Assembly (NCBI GenBank): GCA_027923505.1
Contig: BROI01000001.1
Coordinates: 1,426,001-1,490,000, forward strand
Direction: 5' to 3'
Source of the DNA: Mayamaea pseudoterrestris
Lineage: Eukaryota
Length of the DNA: 64,000 bases
Shown: positions 32,787 to 44,763 of the stretch, in pieces
Position numbering within the stretch: the stretch's first letter is position 1
How the letters are laid out: each line of letters begins with the position of its first letter
Notes under the pieces: generated by a model
Told to the model about the DNA's origin: nothing
What the model saw: the letters and a program-made list of their open reading frames with translations, nothing else
Database searches by the model: none
Program-made: the position numbers and the translations under genes

Positions 32787-35700
32787 CTAATCAGAATCGG
32801 AGTCGGAATCGTCGTCGGCATACTGCGCAGCCGTGGATGGTTTGGTAGATGCTGTTGCATCTTGAGACTTTTTGCCTTCGAGAGCAGCGCGCTCGCTCTT
32901 GGCTTCAGCCTCGCATTCGAGTGCCATGATGACAACATCCTCGACAAGTTGTGGATCGCGGCACTTGTCCTGGACAGCGCCAACAATCTGGGCCATGGTT
33001 TTTTGGTAAGCAAGGCGTGCTTCGGCTTCGGCAAGATAGTACGCTTGTCGGGTCTTCAAATCGTCCTTGAGTTTCTCCAGCTGCTTCTTGTACGCCTCGA
33101 CATTCTTGATCAGTTTGGCGTTTGTGGCGTTCAACTGCTTAGCGTGCTCATTGAGTGCGGCGAACGATTCTCCTGCGGAAGCGTTTGCCTCCATTAAACG
33201 TTGATTGTTCTCCTTCAGCGAGCGGAAGTCCTTTCGCATATTCTCATTCTGGTTGCGCAGCTTAGTATTCTCCTTGCGCAAATATTCGATAATTTTGCCA
33301 CTCTCGTCGATGAGAGTCTGCTGCTGAGCGGCCTTCTTGGCAGTTTCCTTGTTCGCACCAAGTTCCTTCTTCATCTTCGAGCGATACTCGTCCATCTCCT
33401 TTTCGGCTGCCTCTCGAGCCTCTGACACCTCCTTCTGGCGTTGGAGCTCCAAGTCGCGGAGCGCAGACTCCATGTCCTTGATCTTCTGCTTGGTAGCGTC
33501 CTTCTCGCGCTTTTCCTTGACCATCTCCTTAAACTTGGGCCGCCACAAGAAACCTCGAGCATGAGCTTGAATCTTGATAGCAGCCTTGAACTGCTTCTTC
33601 GCAGCCTTCTTCTGTCCTTTCTTGGCCTTTCTAAGCTTCTTGAGTTGCTTTCTGGCCAAGTAGGAGCGCCACCAGCATTGGATGGGGATGACTCGCGGAC
33701 CCTTGGACATCATCTTCAAACCGCTATTCGCCTTGCGAACCAACCAACCACGCGTGGAGCGCTGAATGTCGAACGCCCACTGGTCAAAGCCCTTCATGCG
33801 CTCACCTTCAAGGAACTCGAGCACGCCCATCTTGAAGTAAACGCGAGTTTTACCGACGACAAAGACTGGCTTATCCGACTGCGCTTGTAGCGGTGCCAAG
33901 CACGAGGTAAGCAGCGCTTCCACCTCATCCTTCGGATCCATCTTATCCTTCTTTTTAATTCTGTTAAGAACCTTAAATCGGCCGAGACAAGCACGGTGAT
34001 CAAGACGATTTGGAAAGGCGGAACGGGAAATGGTAACCGCAGCGACCACACCGGCACATCGAAGCTGCTCAATTGTGGTCATGTGCTGCATGACACACGG
34101 CTGCTTCAACGTGTTGGGCTTGACACAACGAATGTAGCGCGACTGCGTCTCGTTTAAACTCTTCATCAAAGCAGTAAGTTGGTTCTTGAACTTGGTCCAA
34201 AGCGTATCAGACGCAATGTTACTCTTGCCACGCTTGGGAGCTTGGTGGGGCGCATCAGATGCTCCAACGTCACCGTTCATCATCTTTTCGTTCTGCAAGT
34301 GGTTGGCAATAATGTCGTTGGTCGACTTCTTGGCAATTTGAATCAAGTCAGCAGAGATGGTGTCCAAATTGCGAGCAATGAAACCTTCCGCGTAGTATAC
34401 AACCTTTCCCGCGTAGTGATGGATGCCAAAGTCCATAGGCCCCAATAGGCGATCGGCAATTAAGCATGGCGATTGTTTGTTACCTTGAATGGCTTTGTAG
34501 ACAAATTCCTTGTCGCTTCCCTTGGGACGGACGCATTCTTCGTTCAGCATGGCGAGGAGACCGGTTCGTCCTTCGATCAGAGCCAAAACATCCGAGTTGT
34601 CGTCGTAGCGAATATCGTTCAGAGCAATTCCTTCAAACTTATACTCCTCCTGTACCGTCTGAAAGATGTCTATTACAAAAGAGCGAGTGAAGGTAGAATT
34701 GTGAGTGTTTATGAGTTCACAAGTGTGGCTGCTGACACTGGCCGAAGAAATTCCAGTTTCACGTTTCCTTCTCTCACACACAAGTCTCATTCTCTCACGT
34801 ATTACTTACCGTGCGTAAATTTCTTTTGCAATTTCTCGTTAGCATAGTTAATAGCAAGCTGCTCAAAGCCATTGACAGGAAAAGACTCAAAGCCGAAGAT
34901 ATCCAGAAGCCCAATGACCCCAAAATCGCTCTTTCGGGCGCCGTCATAATTTTTCTCGGCCACGGTCGAGTCGTTAATCTCACGAACAAGCCATAAAAAG
35001 ACTTTAGAGTATATTTCTTTGGCAAAAGCATCACAAGAGTCTTTGGCGGCGTCATACTTCAAAGGCACCTTGAAGGTTTCGCCGCGGGTCACCATGGTAC
35101 GCTCGACAAAGGCCAGCTCCAAATCAGCCGCAGGAATGCCAATAATATCAGACGCAGCCGCCAAATCATTCTTGGAGGTCACTTCAGAGGCTTCAGAGTC
35201 GCCGGATCGTGGACCAAAGGCAATGTTTCCGAGCGCCAAGGTGGTGGTGATGGCGCGCATCAAAATCATGAGCTTTTCGCCAGTGACGCCAATGCCCGCC
35301 AACGACTTGACCGTTTCGTAGTAGTGCTGGTCATCCGTCATGCCATCAATCTTGAGTTCAAACTCCTTGCCAACGTACTTGAAAGACGCGCACTTTGTTC
35401 CCTTTAGGCCACTCCAAATTTCCGTCTTGTCATTGTCCTTGGCGGCAATGATTTGGTAGAAAATGTGATAGGTACGCTCGGTATCGTCGTGCGAAGTAAT
35501 GCGCGACTTTTCTAGCAAATAAACATCGCACTTGCTTCCAGCAAGCTTGGTGGGTGGAATGCCTCCGATGCTTGTTGGCTCGAGACGGTCAAACTGGAGC
35601 TGAATGTACTTTCCGAACCGACTGGAGTTGTCGTTTCGCCTCGTCTTGGCGTTACCAAAGGCTTCCAACAAGGGGTTCGATTCCACGACGCGCTGAACGA

Positions 35701-36602
35701 CAACGTTTTGCTCTTGCTTTGATCCAGGCGCGACGGGGCCGCGCTGAAGACTGGCCATGTGGTTCATACAAATCTTGACAGTCTCCGTCTTTCCAGCTCC
35801 AGACTCTCCACTGACCAAGACGGACTGATCGACGCCATCGACTGCCAATCCCTTGTAGCAAAGAGCCGACGTTTCGTAAACATGTGGCTTGATGCTTTTG
35901 CGTGGATCAACGTCACCGGGCGACGTGTCCCACACAAGCTTCTTGGCGTACAAAATCTGCTGCTCCTCCGTGTAGATTTCGGCAATCCACTGGTACGGGT
36001 TGCAGGCAATGACAATGTCTCCAGTACGCGTGTAGGGCAAGTTTTTAACGTGGCGGGCCTTCAAGTTGTAGAGAATGGCAGCCTATAGTATGTTGAATGA
36101 TTAAATGAGATGAAGGAGTAGGGTTAGAAGTGTAGACGGTGAGAGCAAAGACGGCATTTTATGTAATCACTCTGCACCTTGAAAGCTCTTTCAATCTCTC
36201 ATACACTCTCTCTCATTACATATCATGTACATACCTCATGCAAGTACGGAAGATCCACCATGTCCTCCTTTTCGATGAGCATGCCACCCTTGTCAACGTT
36301 GGCCAGCGGAATGACCTTGCCTGGATAGTGCTTGAGCTTGATCACTTCCTCCTTGTAGGAAGTCGCTCCCTTGCCACCGTCGTTCAAAATCTTGGCCTCC
36401 TCGGCATACTGCGGAATGCTCACCTTGGCATCGTCCTTGCCTTGCTCGAGCAACAAGGCTGGAATCCAGGCATATTCCTGTAGAAAGTCAGCGGCAAATA
36501 ATGTTAGATCTGATCGTTAGCAACGCAGCCAAACACTCAAAGATGACGCACTTTATGCATAATGTAGACATGATTGCCCGTTGTTCCACTGTCCTTGCCC
36601 AT
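32787..36602 (-). CDS. Myosin heavy chain (head, 3 IQ motifs, coiled-coil tail); exons 36602-36552, 36477-36235, 36082-34810, 34669-32787
   Basis: GESGAGKT, LEAFGNAKT..NDNSSRFGK, DIFGFE, YIRCVKPN and QLRCAGV; IQ motifs; heptad-rich tail. Three in-frame GT-AG introns. Confidence 0.95.
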
Positions 36603-37069
36603 GTTGGATGATTTCTAAAGGCTTGGTTAACGTGAAAGGTGATTTTGTGACGAAGGAGGTGCTCAAAGTCGCTCCGAAAACAATGGAAACACGATAAAAC
36701 TGTTTGCTATTCTCGACAAAATTGTTTTCGAGCAGACGATGAAGAAACTGCTCAATAACAAAAGGCTTGCAAGTGTTTTGCCAATGGACCACGATCAAGA
36801 GAATAATGACGGATCGGTCATGATGATGTTGTTGTCGACGGATCCAGGATGCTTGAAAATGACCGCCTGCGACTCCGAACAATGACCGAAAAGGGGCTAT
36901 AGTGTCAACTAGTAACGAGACATTGCTAGCATATCGCTCCGGTACTTCTGACGCATCGGTACTCATCGCCGATCGGCAACAAGCACCATGGCGAGCACAA
37001 AACTAAACCGCTTCATCCAACACTTGTACGCTCTAACTTTGATAATTATCTCTGCTCGCTTCATGCAGC

Positions 37070-40000
37070 ATGTCATTAAATGCAGCTTCATTTCCATTCA
37101 GTCACGTGTTGATCAGTTTTCCCGACGAGCAGTCCGCCCAAGCCGCCCGCCATGGGCCGCTGCTGGAGCTGCAGCAACGTTATCAAACTACGACTCTATT
37201 GGCCACGTGCGATCCCTGCAACGTTCGCATTGGGAGCGGCGGCGGAAGCTTGGCGTGTCTGTCGAATGTATATGCGACGACAAGTAATCATGGGGAAGTT
37301 GACAGCATTTTGATACTGCACGCGGGCGGCGAATCGAGTCGATCGCCGACGCAAATGGTGCTTGGCAAGGCGTGGACCAGCTTTTGCACGAAGAGCGAAT
37401 CGACGTTGACACCCATTCACGTTTGGCTGAATATTTGTCAAGAACTGTTTCAAGATGGCTTGCCTCGCGGCAGCGTTGTCATTTTGGCAGCCGATACGTT
37501 GCTAACGTTGCCTCCTCGCATTAGTGCATTGGAATGGAGCTTGATGGAAGAGAAGGCCAATGCGCCCGTCGTAATTGGCTTGGCCGTACCGGCTCCTCTC
37601 GCGACGGCTGTCAACCATGGAGTCTATGTGGTCGACGAGAATGGCATGGATGCAGCAGCAGGAGCGGTTACAGTCCTTCCATGTCAACAAGTTTTGCAAA
37701 AGCCCAGTTTGGAAACGCTGCAGCAACTGTCGTCTCGAACGAACGATGCGCATGCCAATAGCAACAAAGACTCTCCAAGTGCATGGATTGATACTGGAGT
37801 CTGCATCTTTTTGCCGCAAGCGGCGGAGCGTCTGAAAGACTTGGCCATGGAGTTAGAATACTCTGAGAGCGAATGGACGAGGCGGCGAGACGAGCTGCTG
37901 CTGGAAGCAATGACTGACGCTGAACAAAACATAAACGACCATCTCACAATACAAGACTACGCTCGTCACCATGTCGTATCACTGGACTTGTACACGCACT
38001 TTTTGCATGCCCTCTACGTAGAAAATGGCACCAACACACTGGACGACTACACTCAGCAAATCATCACCGCGATGTACGAAAACAGCAATCTACAATTCAT
38101 GAGGCGCAAAACACTCGCTTCCGTCTATCAAACACTCTCGGCGTGTCATTTACAAGTCGCATGCGTACCATATGGTCAGTTTCTGCACTTGGGAACGACG
38201 CGAGAATTGATGGATATTTACGTGCATGGGAGTGAAGCGAAGGACAGGGAGATTGACAGCAGAAATGGCAATGATCACGCAACGCACTTGCTCCATGACT
38301 TTGGTCGCAAGTTGCAGCTTGTCAAGCGTCACCATTGGTTTGCCACGCAGAGTCAAGTGCATGTTTCAGCCGTTGTCTCGAACAGTTTGCTGATAAGTCA
38401 CGACGAAATGTCCAAGGTGGTGGTTGGACCTGGATCAATCGTCGAGTATAGTCACATTGAGAGCGCTGCTGCTGTAGCGACAGAAGCGACTGCTCATGAC
38501 CATCCGGCGAATGCTCGCAACATTTGCATCGGCCGAAACTGCCTCGTCTCGGGGCTGCGAAAGTATGGCAGTGGTGTGGCGCGAAATGGTTTGACGCTAC
38601 CCGACGGCATGATTCTGCAACAGATTGCGCTGGCGGCTACAAACGGAGTGCCTGATGCAGTGGAATCAACAAAGATGGAAGCACAGAGTTACTTTTACAT
38701 GGTACTAGGTGTTAATGACGCTATCAAGCAGCGAAAAACTATTTATGGCCGGTCATTTGATGAGTTTTTGACTTGGTTCAGCTTAACAGCTGATGATTTA
38801 TGGAAGCATACCACGGCCGACTCGCATAGCAGCCAACATCTATGGACAGCGAAGATCCATCCTGTTGTGACGGTTGAATCTTTTGCGGATGCATTTGGCT
38901 GGTTGCCTTGCTTCCTGTCCGGGGAGACTTTGTCGGAGAACGACAAACAATCGCTGCAGCTATGGAAAACGCTGCCCAGGCTATCGTTATCCGAGATTCG
39001 TGACTGTTCTGATGCGTCGGCAGAGTTTTCCTTCCGAAATAACTTGCCAAAGGTGATTTCAATGCAACTGGAGATGCATTTTGCCCGAATTCGTAAAACT
39101 TTTATGACAAGGCTACACACTATGGTGGATTTGCAATTCATTCTGGACTCGTACGCTGCTGATTTAGACACTGATATCATGATACAAACGCTAGAAATGC
39201 TTGACGATATATTTGATGAGGCATTGGGCGAAGGCTCCTTTGATATATGCGGACGGGTCGCCATGGTGACAAGCGCCGTCCAAGCGGCCGCAGCTTCTTT
39301 GGGCCCTGATGATACAGGCATGGTGGACAATCGGCAATCCCTTGTCTTGTCAAGCACAAGTGACGTGCTTTTGATCTCGGCTAGTTTAGAAGAAATGCGT
39401 GCTTCCTATCGCCATTTTACGCGAGCGTGGAACGATTGCTCGAGGATGCAGCCGCAATTAGCACTCAAAGAAGCATCAGCAATCATGGAATTAATTTCCC
39501 ATGCCATGACGCGACGATGCATTGACGGCGGACAGCCTTTGCATGCCATGCGAACTGTTGATCCTGTATATAACAGATGGGTCATGACGACAGCACCAGC
39601 CAGAATTGATCTAGGAGGTGGTTGGACTGACACGCCGCCAATCTGCTACGAATTTGGCAGTGCTGTGACTGGCGTGGCAGTGTTGGTCGACGGCATCAAA
39701 CCGCTCTCGTGTCGATGTCGAATACTGACTGGGGCGTCTAGCATAATGCTGCGAACAGAGCATCGTGATTGCCAAACGGGCGGGCTCCTTTCCCATATCG
39801 ATGTTATTGCATCCAAAATGGACGATTTGAAAAATTTCTCTGTTCCGACGGCTGATTGCGCTTTGCTTAAATGTGCTCTCGTTTGTCTGGGACTGGTATC
39901 AATCGACGCAATCAACGCTGGCGGTGCATCTTTGCAACCATACATCAATGCCTTTTGTCATTCCAGCGAGAACGTTGGTCTGGAGATTGTATCAACATCG

Positions 40001-40837
40001 CTTCTGCCTCACGGATCTGGCATGGGAACAAGTTCAATCCTTGGAGGTTGCGTCTTGGCATGCATAGGACGAGCTGTCGGCATTGATTTGACTGTTGGCG
40101 ACGGCGATGACGATTGCTCTTCTTTGATCAGCTGTGTATTGCAACTAGAGCAATTACTCACGACTGGTGGAGGTTTCCAGGATCAAGTCAATGGCTTGAT
40201 TGGGGGGTGCAAATACGAATCTTGCCCTAAGCTCGAGTTTCCACTAAAAGTCATCGTTGAGCGACTACCAGTGAACGCGGACCTGACAAAAAAGTTAAAC
40301 AACTCTCTTGTTCTCTTGTTTACTGGGAAGACAAGACTAGCAAAGGGTATATTGCAAAACGTATTACGTCGGTGGGCTAGTCGTACTGTCGAGATCACAT
40401 CTGCAGTTGAAGCACTTGTTAATAAGGCTAAAGGAAGTCGAGCAGCATTACTCCAGGCTGATCTCGACGCCCTCGGCATGTGTCTCTCGGAGTACTGGGG
40501 CCTGAAAAAGGTCATGGCAGGGGAGGATGGGCACGCCGAGCCAAAAATTGCTGGTGAGATTATTGATGCTTTGAAACGACGAGGTGCGATACGCGGAGCA
40601 TCCCTGTGCGGGGCCGGGGGAGGAGGATTCATGGTTATACTCAAGCATGATCACTTCTCGGTTGACGAGCTCAAATCCATTCTTGCTGTGGAGTTAGCCG
40701 ACACACCAGACAAGCACAGTTTAACCTGGCATACATGTCAAGTTTGCGAAGAGGGATTGGCGACAAAGATCACAGACGAGGAAGTCAGCAGCAGTATGGA
40801 TACGTTCGATATGACGTGGCTTCAATGCGATTACTAG
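37070..40837 (+). CDS. FKGP: Bifunctional L-fucokinase/GDP-L-fucose pyrophosphorylase
   Basis: N-terminal RIGSGG, LHAGG.S.R.P...GK and F.HLGTT. C-terminal GHMP kinase motifs PARIDLGGGWTDTPP, LPHGSGMGTSSIL, TTGGGFQDQ and GAGGGGF. Confidence 0.92.
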   Translation: MSLNAASFPFSHVLISFPDEQSAQAARHGPLLELQQRYQTTTLLATCDPCNVRIGSGGGSLACLSNVYATTSNHGEVDSILILHAGGESSRSPTQMVLGKAWTSFCTKSESTLTPIHVWLNICQELFQDGLPRGSVVILAADTLLTLPPRISALEWSLMEEKANAPVVIGLAVPAPLATAVNHGVYVVDENGMDAAAGAVTVLPCQQVLQKPSLETLQQLSSRTNDAHANSNKDSPSAWIDTGVCIFLPQAAERLKDLAMELEYSESEWTRRRDELLLEAMTDAEQNINDHLTIQDYARHHVVSLDLYTHFLHALYVENGTNTLDDYTQQIITAMYENSNLQFMRRKTLASVYQTLSACHLQVACVPYGQFLHLGTTRELMDIYVHGSEAKDREIDSRNGNDHATHLLHDFGRKLQLVKRHHWFATQSQVHVSAVVSNSLLISHDEMSKVVVGPGSIVEYSHIESAAAVATEATAHDHPANARNICIGRNCLVSGLRKYGSGVARNGLTLPDGMILQQIALAATNGVPDAVESTKMEAQSYFYMVLGVNDAIKQRKTIYGRSFDEFLTWFSLTADDLWKHTTADSHSSQHLWTAKIHPVVTVESFADAFGWLPCFLSGETLSENDKQSLQLWKTLPRLSLSEIRDCSDASAEFSFRNNLPKVISMQLEMHFARIRKTFMTRLHTMVDLQFILDSYAADLDTDIMIQTLEMLDDIFDEALGEGSFDICGRVAMVTSAVQAAAASLGPDDTGMVDNRQSLVLSSTSDVLLISASLEEMRASYRHFTRAWNDCSRMQPQLALKEASAIMELISHAMTRRCIDGGQPLHAMRTVDPVYNRWVMTTAPARIDLGGGWTDTPPICYEFGSAVTGVAVLVDGIKPLSCRCRILTGASSIMLRTEHRDCQTGGLLSHIDVIASKMDDLKNFSVPTADCALLKCALVCLGLVSIDAINAGGASLQPYINAFCHSSENVGLEIVSTSLLPHGSGMGTSSILGGCVLACIGRAVGIDLTVGDGDDDCSSLISCVLQLEQLLTTGGGFQDQVNGLIGGCKYESCPKLEFPLKVIVERLPVNADLTKKLNNSLVLLFTGKTRLAKGILQNVLRRWASRTVEITSAVEALVNKAKGSRAALLQADLDALGMCLSEYWGLKKVMAGEDGHAEPKIAGEIIDALKRRGAIRGASLCGAGGGGFMVILKHDHFSVDELKSILAVELADTPDKHSLTWHTCQVCEEGLATKITDEEVSSSMDTFDMTWLQCDY

Positions 40838-41110
40838 ATTGTTTACATTAGCAGGCCATACATATAAAATATTATAAATGCTTATGACAATTTATATCTG
40901 TATGGCAGAACGCCCGACGACGAGTGAACCATTGACGGATGATTTCCATCGACTCGACTGTTCGTCCAGACACACATGTCGTTATCTGATAGCAAAGGTC
41001 GCGATGCAGCTGATGCGCAAATAATAGTCAATTATGCACAGCAGCATTGCAGACGACACCTCGCTACTACTGCAATGTTATAACAAAAGTACAGTATTGA
41101 TGCGCGGCCA

Positions 41111-43138
41111 TTATTTGCCGATGCAAAAGTCGGAAAACAACTTGTCGAGCACATCCTCCACGTCTACAGCACCAGTGATACGTCCCAGTTCACTAGCAGC
41201 GAGACGTAGCTCTTCCGCTGCCATGTCGACGGCATAAGTCCCTTGTCCGCTGAGATCATCAAAACGCTCCAAGGCCGCCACTGCCGCTTGTACATGCTGC
41301 CGATGTCGGGTTCTGGTTATGAGATTTCCACCCTCTACTCCCTCACTTTCATCGGACGGCTCCGATACGCGTGCAACGACCTTGCTAGTCAAGGACTCAA
41401 GAAAGTCATCCACGCCAGCTTGAGTTGCGCAACTGATCTCAAATCGCTGGTCTACTCGAGCCAGAATTGGGTCGGTGATGCCAAGCTTAGCACCGCTTTC
41501 GGCATTTACATCCTGTAAATCAGACTTGTTAATGACAAGCATAACCTGCGGCTCACCGTCACGCAGCCGATCACCCGCATCTGCCTCAATTGCATGATTC
41601 ATGCCAGTAGTGATACCATTGTTATCCTTCGATATGGAAGGCAAAATAGACTGCAGCAACCACTTCATCTCCTCTACTTCGTCCAATGAGTGTGCATTAG
41701 CTTCTGCCGAAGGTCCTGCAGCATCCAATGATGAAAGGCCACTAGTAGCCGACCCATCCACCATGACCAAGACCATGTCAGCTTCCGCTGCCGCCTGCGT
41801 CGCCCGCTCCATTCCCTTGCGCTCTATAACATCATTTGTAAATCGCCTCAACCCAGCCGTATCCTGCACCAAACACTTGACACCGCCCAAGTTTAACGCC
41901 ACTTCCACAACATCGCGCGTCGTTCCCGGCAGTGGCGACACAATGGCCGCTTCGCGCTGGGCCAGCAAGTTTAACAGCGAGCTCTTGCCGGCGTTGGGTG
42001 GACCAAGAATGGCGATGCGAACGCCCGTGCGAACCAACTCGCCGCGACGACCGTCGTGATACAAATGTCGCTCCATGGAGTGACGCAAGTCTTGCATTTG
42101 CGATTGAACATTGCCCCAAATGGTCCATTGTGCCGTTTGCTGTTGCTGTATACTGTTGTCAGCAGGAGTGGGGTCATTGGCATCGTCATCTTCATCGTCA
42201 CCTAGATTCTCATCGTCCCCAAAGTCAATGACAGCTTCCGCATGCGCCAAGCCCGCAATAAGCTTTAAGCGCCAGTCATCCAACACACTCGATGACTGCT
42301 GCTGCAACTGTCCCAGCGCCTGCACCCGCTGCGTCGACGTGTCGGCGGCCAATAAATCGGCCAGCGCCTCCACCTGCAGTAGATTCAACTTGCCGGATTG
42401 CCAAGCGCGTCGCGTAAACTCGCCAGGGTCAGCCAAACGTACAATATTATTGGCACCTTGCGCCTCTTCCACCATATCCATATCAATTGTTTGACTCGTT
42501 TTTTCTTGCAGCGCGTTCCACTCGCTCAAAACTTGCAGCACGCCTTCCACCACGGCCCGACTCCCGTGGCAGTGCAGCTCCAGCACATCCTGTCCCGTGA
42601 ACGATTGCGGTCCCGCAAACCACAACACGAGCGCCTGATCCAACGGCTCGTGTGTCACTGGATGCACTAAATCGCGCACCACGGCGCGTCGGGGCTTCGG
42701 AGTGGGTTTGTTCGTCATGGACTGCAATAGTTGCGCCGCCATTGGTCCGCTGACGCGAACGACGGCCACTGCCGTTGCTTGACCGAGGCTTGATCCGGAG
42801 GATAGTGCGAATATAGTGTCATTGTCAAAGTCGTGGTTGTGTTCTTGATGATTGTCGGAATCAATACAAGTGGATGTTTCTTGCAGCTGCTGTGTCGTTG
42901 TGGAAAGGAAGAGTCTCGACAATACTGATACTGTCGAAGCCTGCAAACATTGTCTATTTAAGCTTCCTGATAGTCTCGGTCGAGTATATATTGGTCTAGA
43001 ACATGAATGTGATCGACGCAAAAGGTGATGGCTCATTCGTTTGACGGAAAATGCACCGACAGATCGACCCTGCAGAAGCGTCAAAAACAGCATCATGACT
43101 GACAACTTTACTGTGTATTGTTTCATGAATCCCGGCAC
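41111..43138 (-). CDS. mnmE: tRNA modification GTPase MnmE/GTPBP3 (organellar)
   Basis: TIFALSSG, P.SFTG.D..ELHCHGS, PGEFTRRA, GPPNAGKSSL, PGTTRD, DTAG, NKSD and terminal FCIGK. Confidence 0.95.
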   Translation of the reverse strand: MPGFMKQYTVKLSVMMLFLTLLQGRSVGAFSVKRMSHHLLRRSHSCSRPIYTRPRLSGSLNRQCLQASTVSVLSRLFLSTTTQQLQETSTCIDSDNHQEHNHDFDNDTIFALSSGSSLGQATAVAVVRVSGPMAAQLLQSMTNKPTPKPRRAVVRDLVHPVTHEPLDQALVLWFAGPQSFTGQDVLELHCHGSRAVVEGVLQVLSEWNALQEKTSQTIDMDMVEEAQGANNIVRLADPGEFTRRAWQSGKLNLLQVEALADLLAADTSTQRVQALGQLQQQSSSVLDDWRLKLIAGLAHAEAVIDFGDDENLGDDEDDDANDPTPADNSIQQQQTAQWTIWGNVQSQMQDLRHSMERHLYHDGRRGELVRTGVRIAILGPPNAGKSSLLNLLAQREAAIVSPLPGTTRDVVEVALNLGGVKCLVQDTAGLRRFTNDVIERKGMERATQAAAEADMVLVMVDGSATSGLSSLDAAGPSAEANAHSLDEVEEMKWLLQSILPSISKDNNGITTGMNHAIEADAGDRLRDGEPQVMLVINKSDLQDVNAESGAKLGITDPILARVDQRFEISCATQAGVDDFLESLTSKVVARVSEPSDESEGVEGGNLITRTRHRQHVQAAVAALERFDDLSGQGTYAVDMAAEELRLAASELGRITGAVDVEDVLDKLFSDFCIGK

Positions 43139-43620
43139 TTATTTACTTTTTTATTTCGTGGCAGGCCAAGTGTATTGCCAATATACTGCGGAAATTTGAC
43201 TGTGGCAAACGCTTGTCGCGCCATGGCGAAGATGTTTCTTGGTCGACAAGTGAGTACCGATGAGATACATGTACTGCTACGACATGGGTTGATAGAAATG
43301 ACTCTTAAGGGTGAAAACAAGTCGTCAGAATGACCCTCCCACGATTTGAAACGACTAATGTGACTGCTGCAACAAGACCAAACACTTTTTGATCCTGCAT
43401 TCCTTCGAAAGCCTCTACTGCTTGAGCAATCTACGTAGTAGAATTGTCTCGGAACTCTGTAAAGTAAAACGTCTACCGACTTATTGATTGCATTCAATCT
43501 CGAATCAGTTGAACCGAAACGACTCGCAGCGATTCGACCGATAACCGTCGCCCTCATCATTCTCGCTTCAGCCTTGCCGTCAACAACCAAGCACTGCAAG
43601 GCTCCATATTCATCATTGCC

Positions 43621-44763
43621 ATGCTCTCCCATCATCCGCCAAGCAGCACCAACTTGAACTTGTCGGCTCGTCGGGGAACGTCAAAGGCGCACGCGGACGC
43701 CAATCAGCACTTGGTGAAAATGCTCATTCTCTTTGGTGTCACGAGCATGCTCTTTGTCGGCGGCCTCTTTTACAAGGTCCACTACGGTGGTGCAAGTCAT
43801 CATACAGCGCATGGCCATGCGAGCAGTAGTAGCCATCACTATGCTACCGAGGGTCAGCATCATCGGTCGGTGCAGCATGAAGCAACAGCAAATCATGAGC
43901 ACCACGATGCTAGCCAACACAATCGCCATGACGCCCATCAACAAGAACACCATAACACGGAAAAGCACAGTCATTTGGAGGAGATTGGGAACATGCTGCA
44001 TGATTTGGACGAGCAAGAGGACGAGGAACAAGGGGGCGGCAGCCGCAGTGGAAACAATGCGCAGCAGCACGAGGAGGAGGAATTTGGCGACAATTACAAT
44101 AGCGCCGATCCAGCCTTTGACGACGACCAAGACATGGATGGTGAAGTGAACCGCCATGAGCATGATCAGCATGAGGAGCACGAGGGTCATCACGAGGATC
44201 ATGGGGAGTATCATGATGAGCATCACGAAGGCGCCGTGCATCATGAACATGGCCACGACGAAGGGCACTTTGATCACTATCAAGACGGCCAGCACCACGA
44301 GGACCATAATAATGCGCATCACTATCACGACGTCAACAACCACGAGCAGCACGACGTTCACCATGCCGATGCCTATGAGCAGCATCATGCCGAGCATCGT
44401 CACGATCATTACCACGAAGCCAATCATGAGCACGAACAAATGCATCACGAGGAGCATCATGATGAGCATGAGCATGGTGGCGAACAGCATCATGAGCACG
44501 AACAACTGCATCATGAAGAGCATGATCAACACGAGCATGGCGAACAACAACATCACGAGCACGGGCAAATGCATCATGACGAGCATGATCAGCATGAGCA
44601 TGACGATCAGGATCATCATCATGACGAAATCCAACATCATGAAGCGACGGAGCGCCGCTTGACGGAAATTGACACGGAGGCAAATGCTGCCAGCCGCCAT
44701 TCTCGCCAAGCTGATGGAGGTGGAGCAATGGAAAAGCCCGCTGGAGGACTACGAGGAAAATGA
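43621..44763 (+). CDS. Histidine/Glu/Asp-rich protein with a single N-terminal TM or signal anchor
   Basis: Open ORF: hydrophobic MLILFGVTSMLFVGGLFY, then more than 250 aa of H/E/D/Q-rich sequence, ending ERRL...GGLRGK. Confidence 0.75.
   Translation: MLSHHPPSSTNLNLSARRGTSKAHADANQHLVKMLILFGVTSMLFVGGLFYKVHYGGASHHTAHGHASSSSHHYATEGQHHRSVQHEATANHEHHDASQHNRHDAHQQEHHNTEKHSHLEEIGNMLHDLDEQEDEEQGGGSRSGNNAQQHEEEEFGDNYNSADPAFDDDQDMDGEVNRHEHDQHEEHEGHHEDHGEYHDEHHEGAVHHEHGHDEGHFDHYQDGQHHEDHNNAHHYHDVNNHEQHDVHHADAYEQHHAEHRHDHYHEANHEHEQMHHEEHHDEHEHGGEQHHEHEQLHHEEHDQHEHGEQQHHEHGQMHHDEHDQHEHDDQDHHHDEIQHHEATERRLTEIDTEANAASRHSRQADGGGAMEKPAGGLRGK

Noticed and set aside
35672..35686. tRNA T-loop-like ggttcgattcc
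   Set aside because: It lies within the myosin exon (antisense of VESNP), with no cloverleaf around it.
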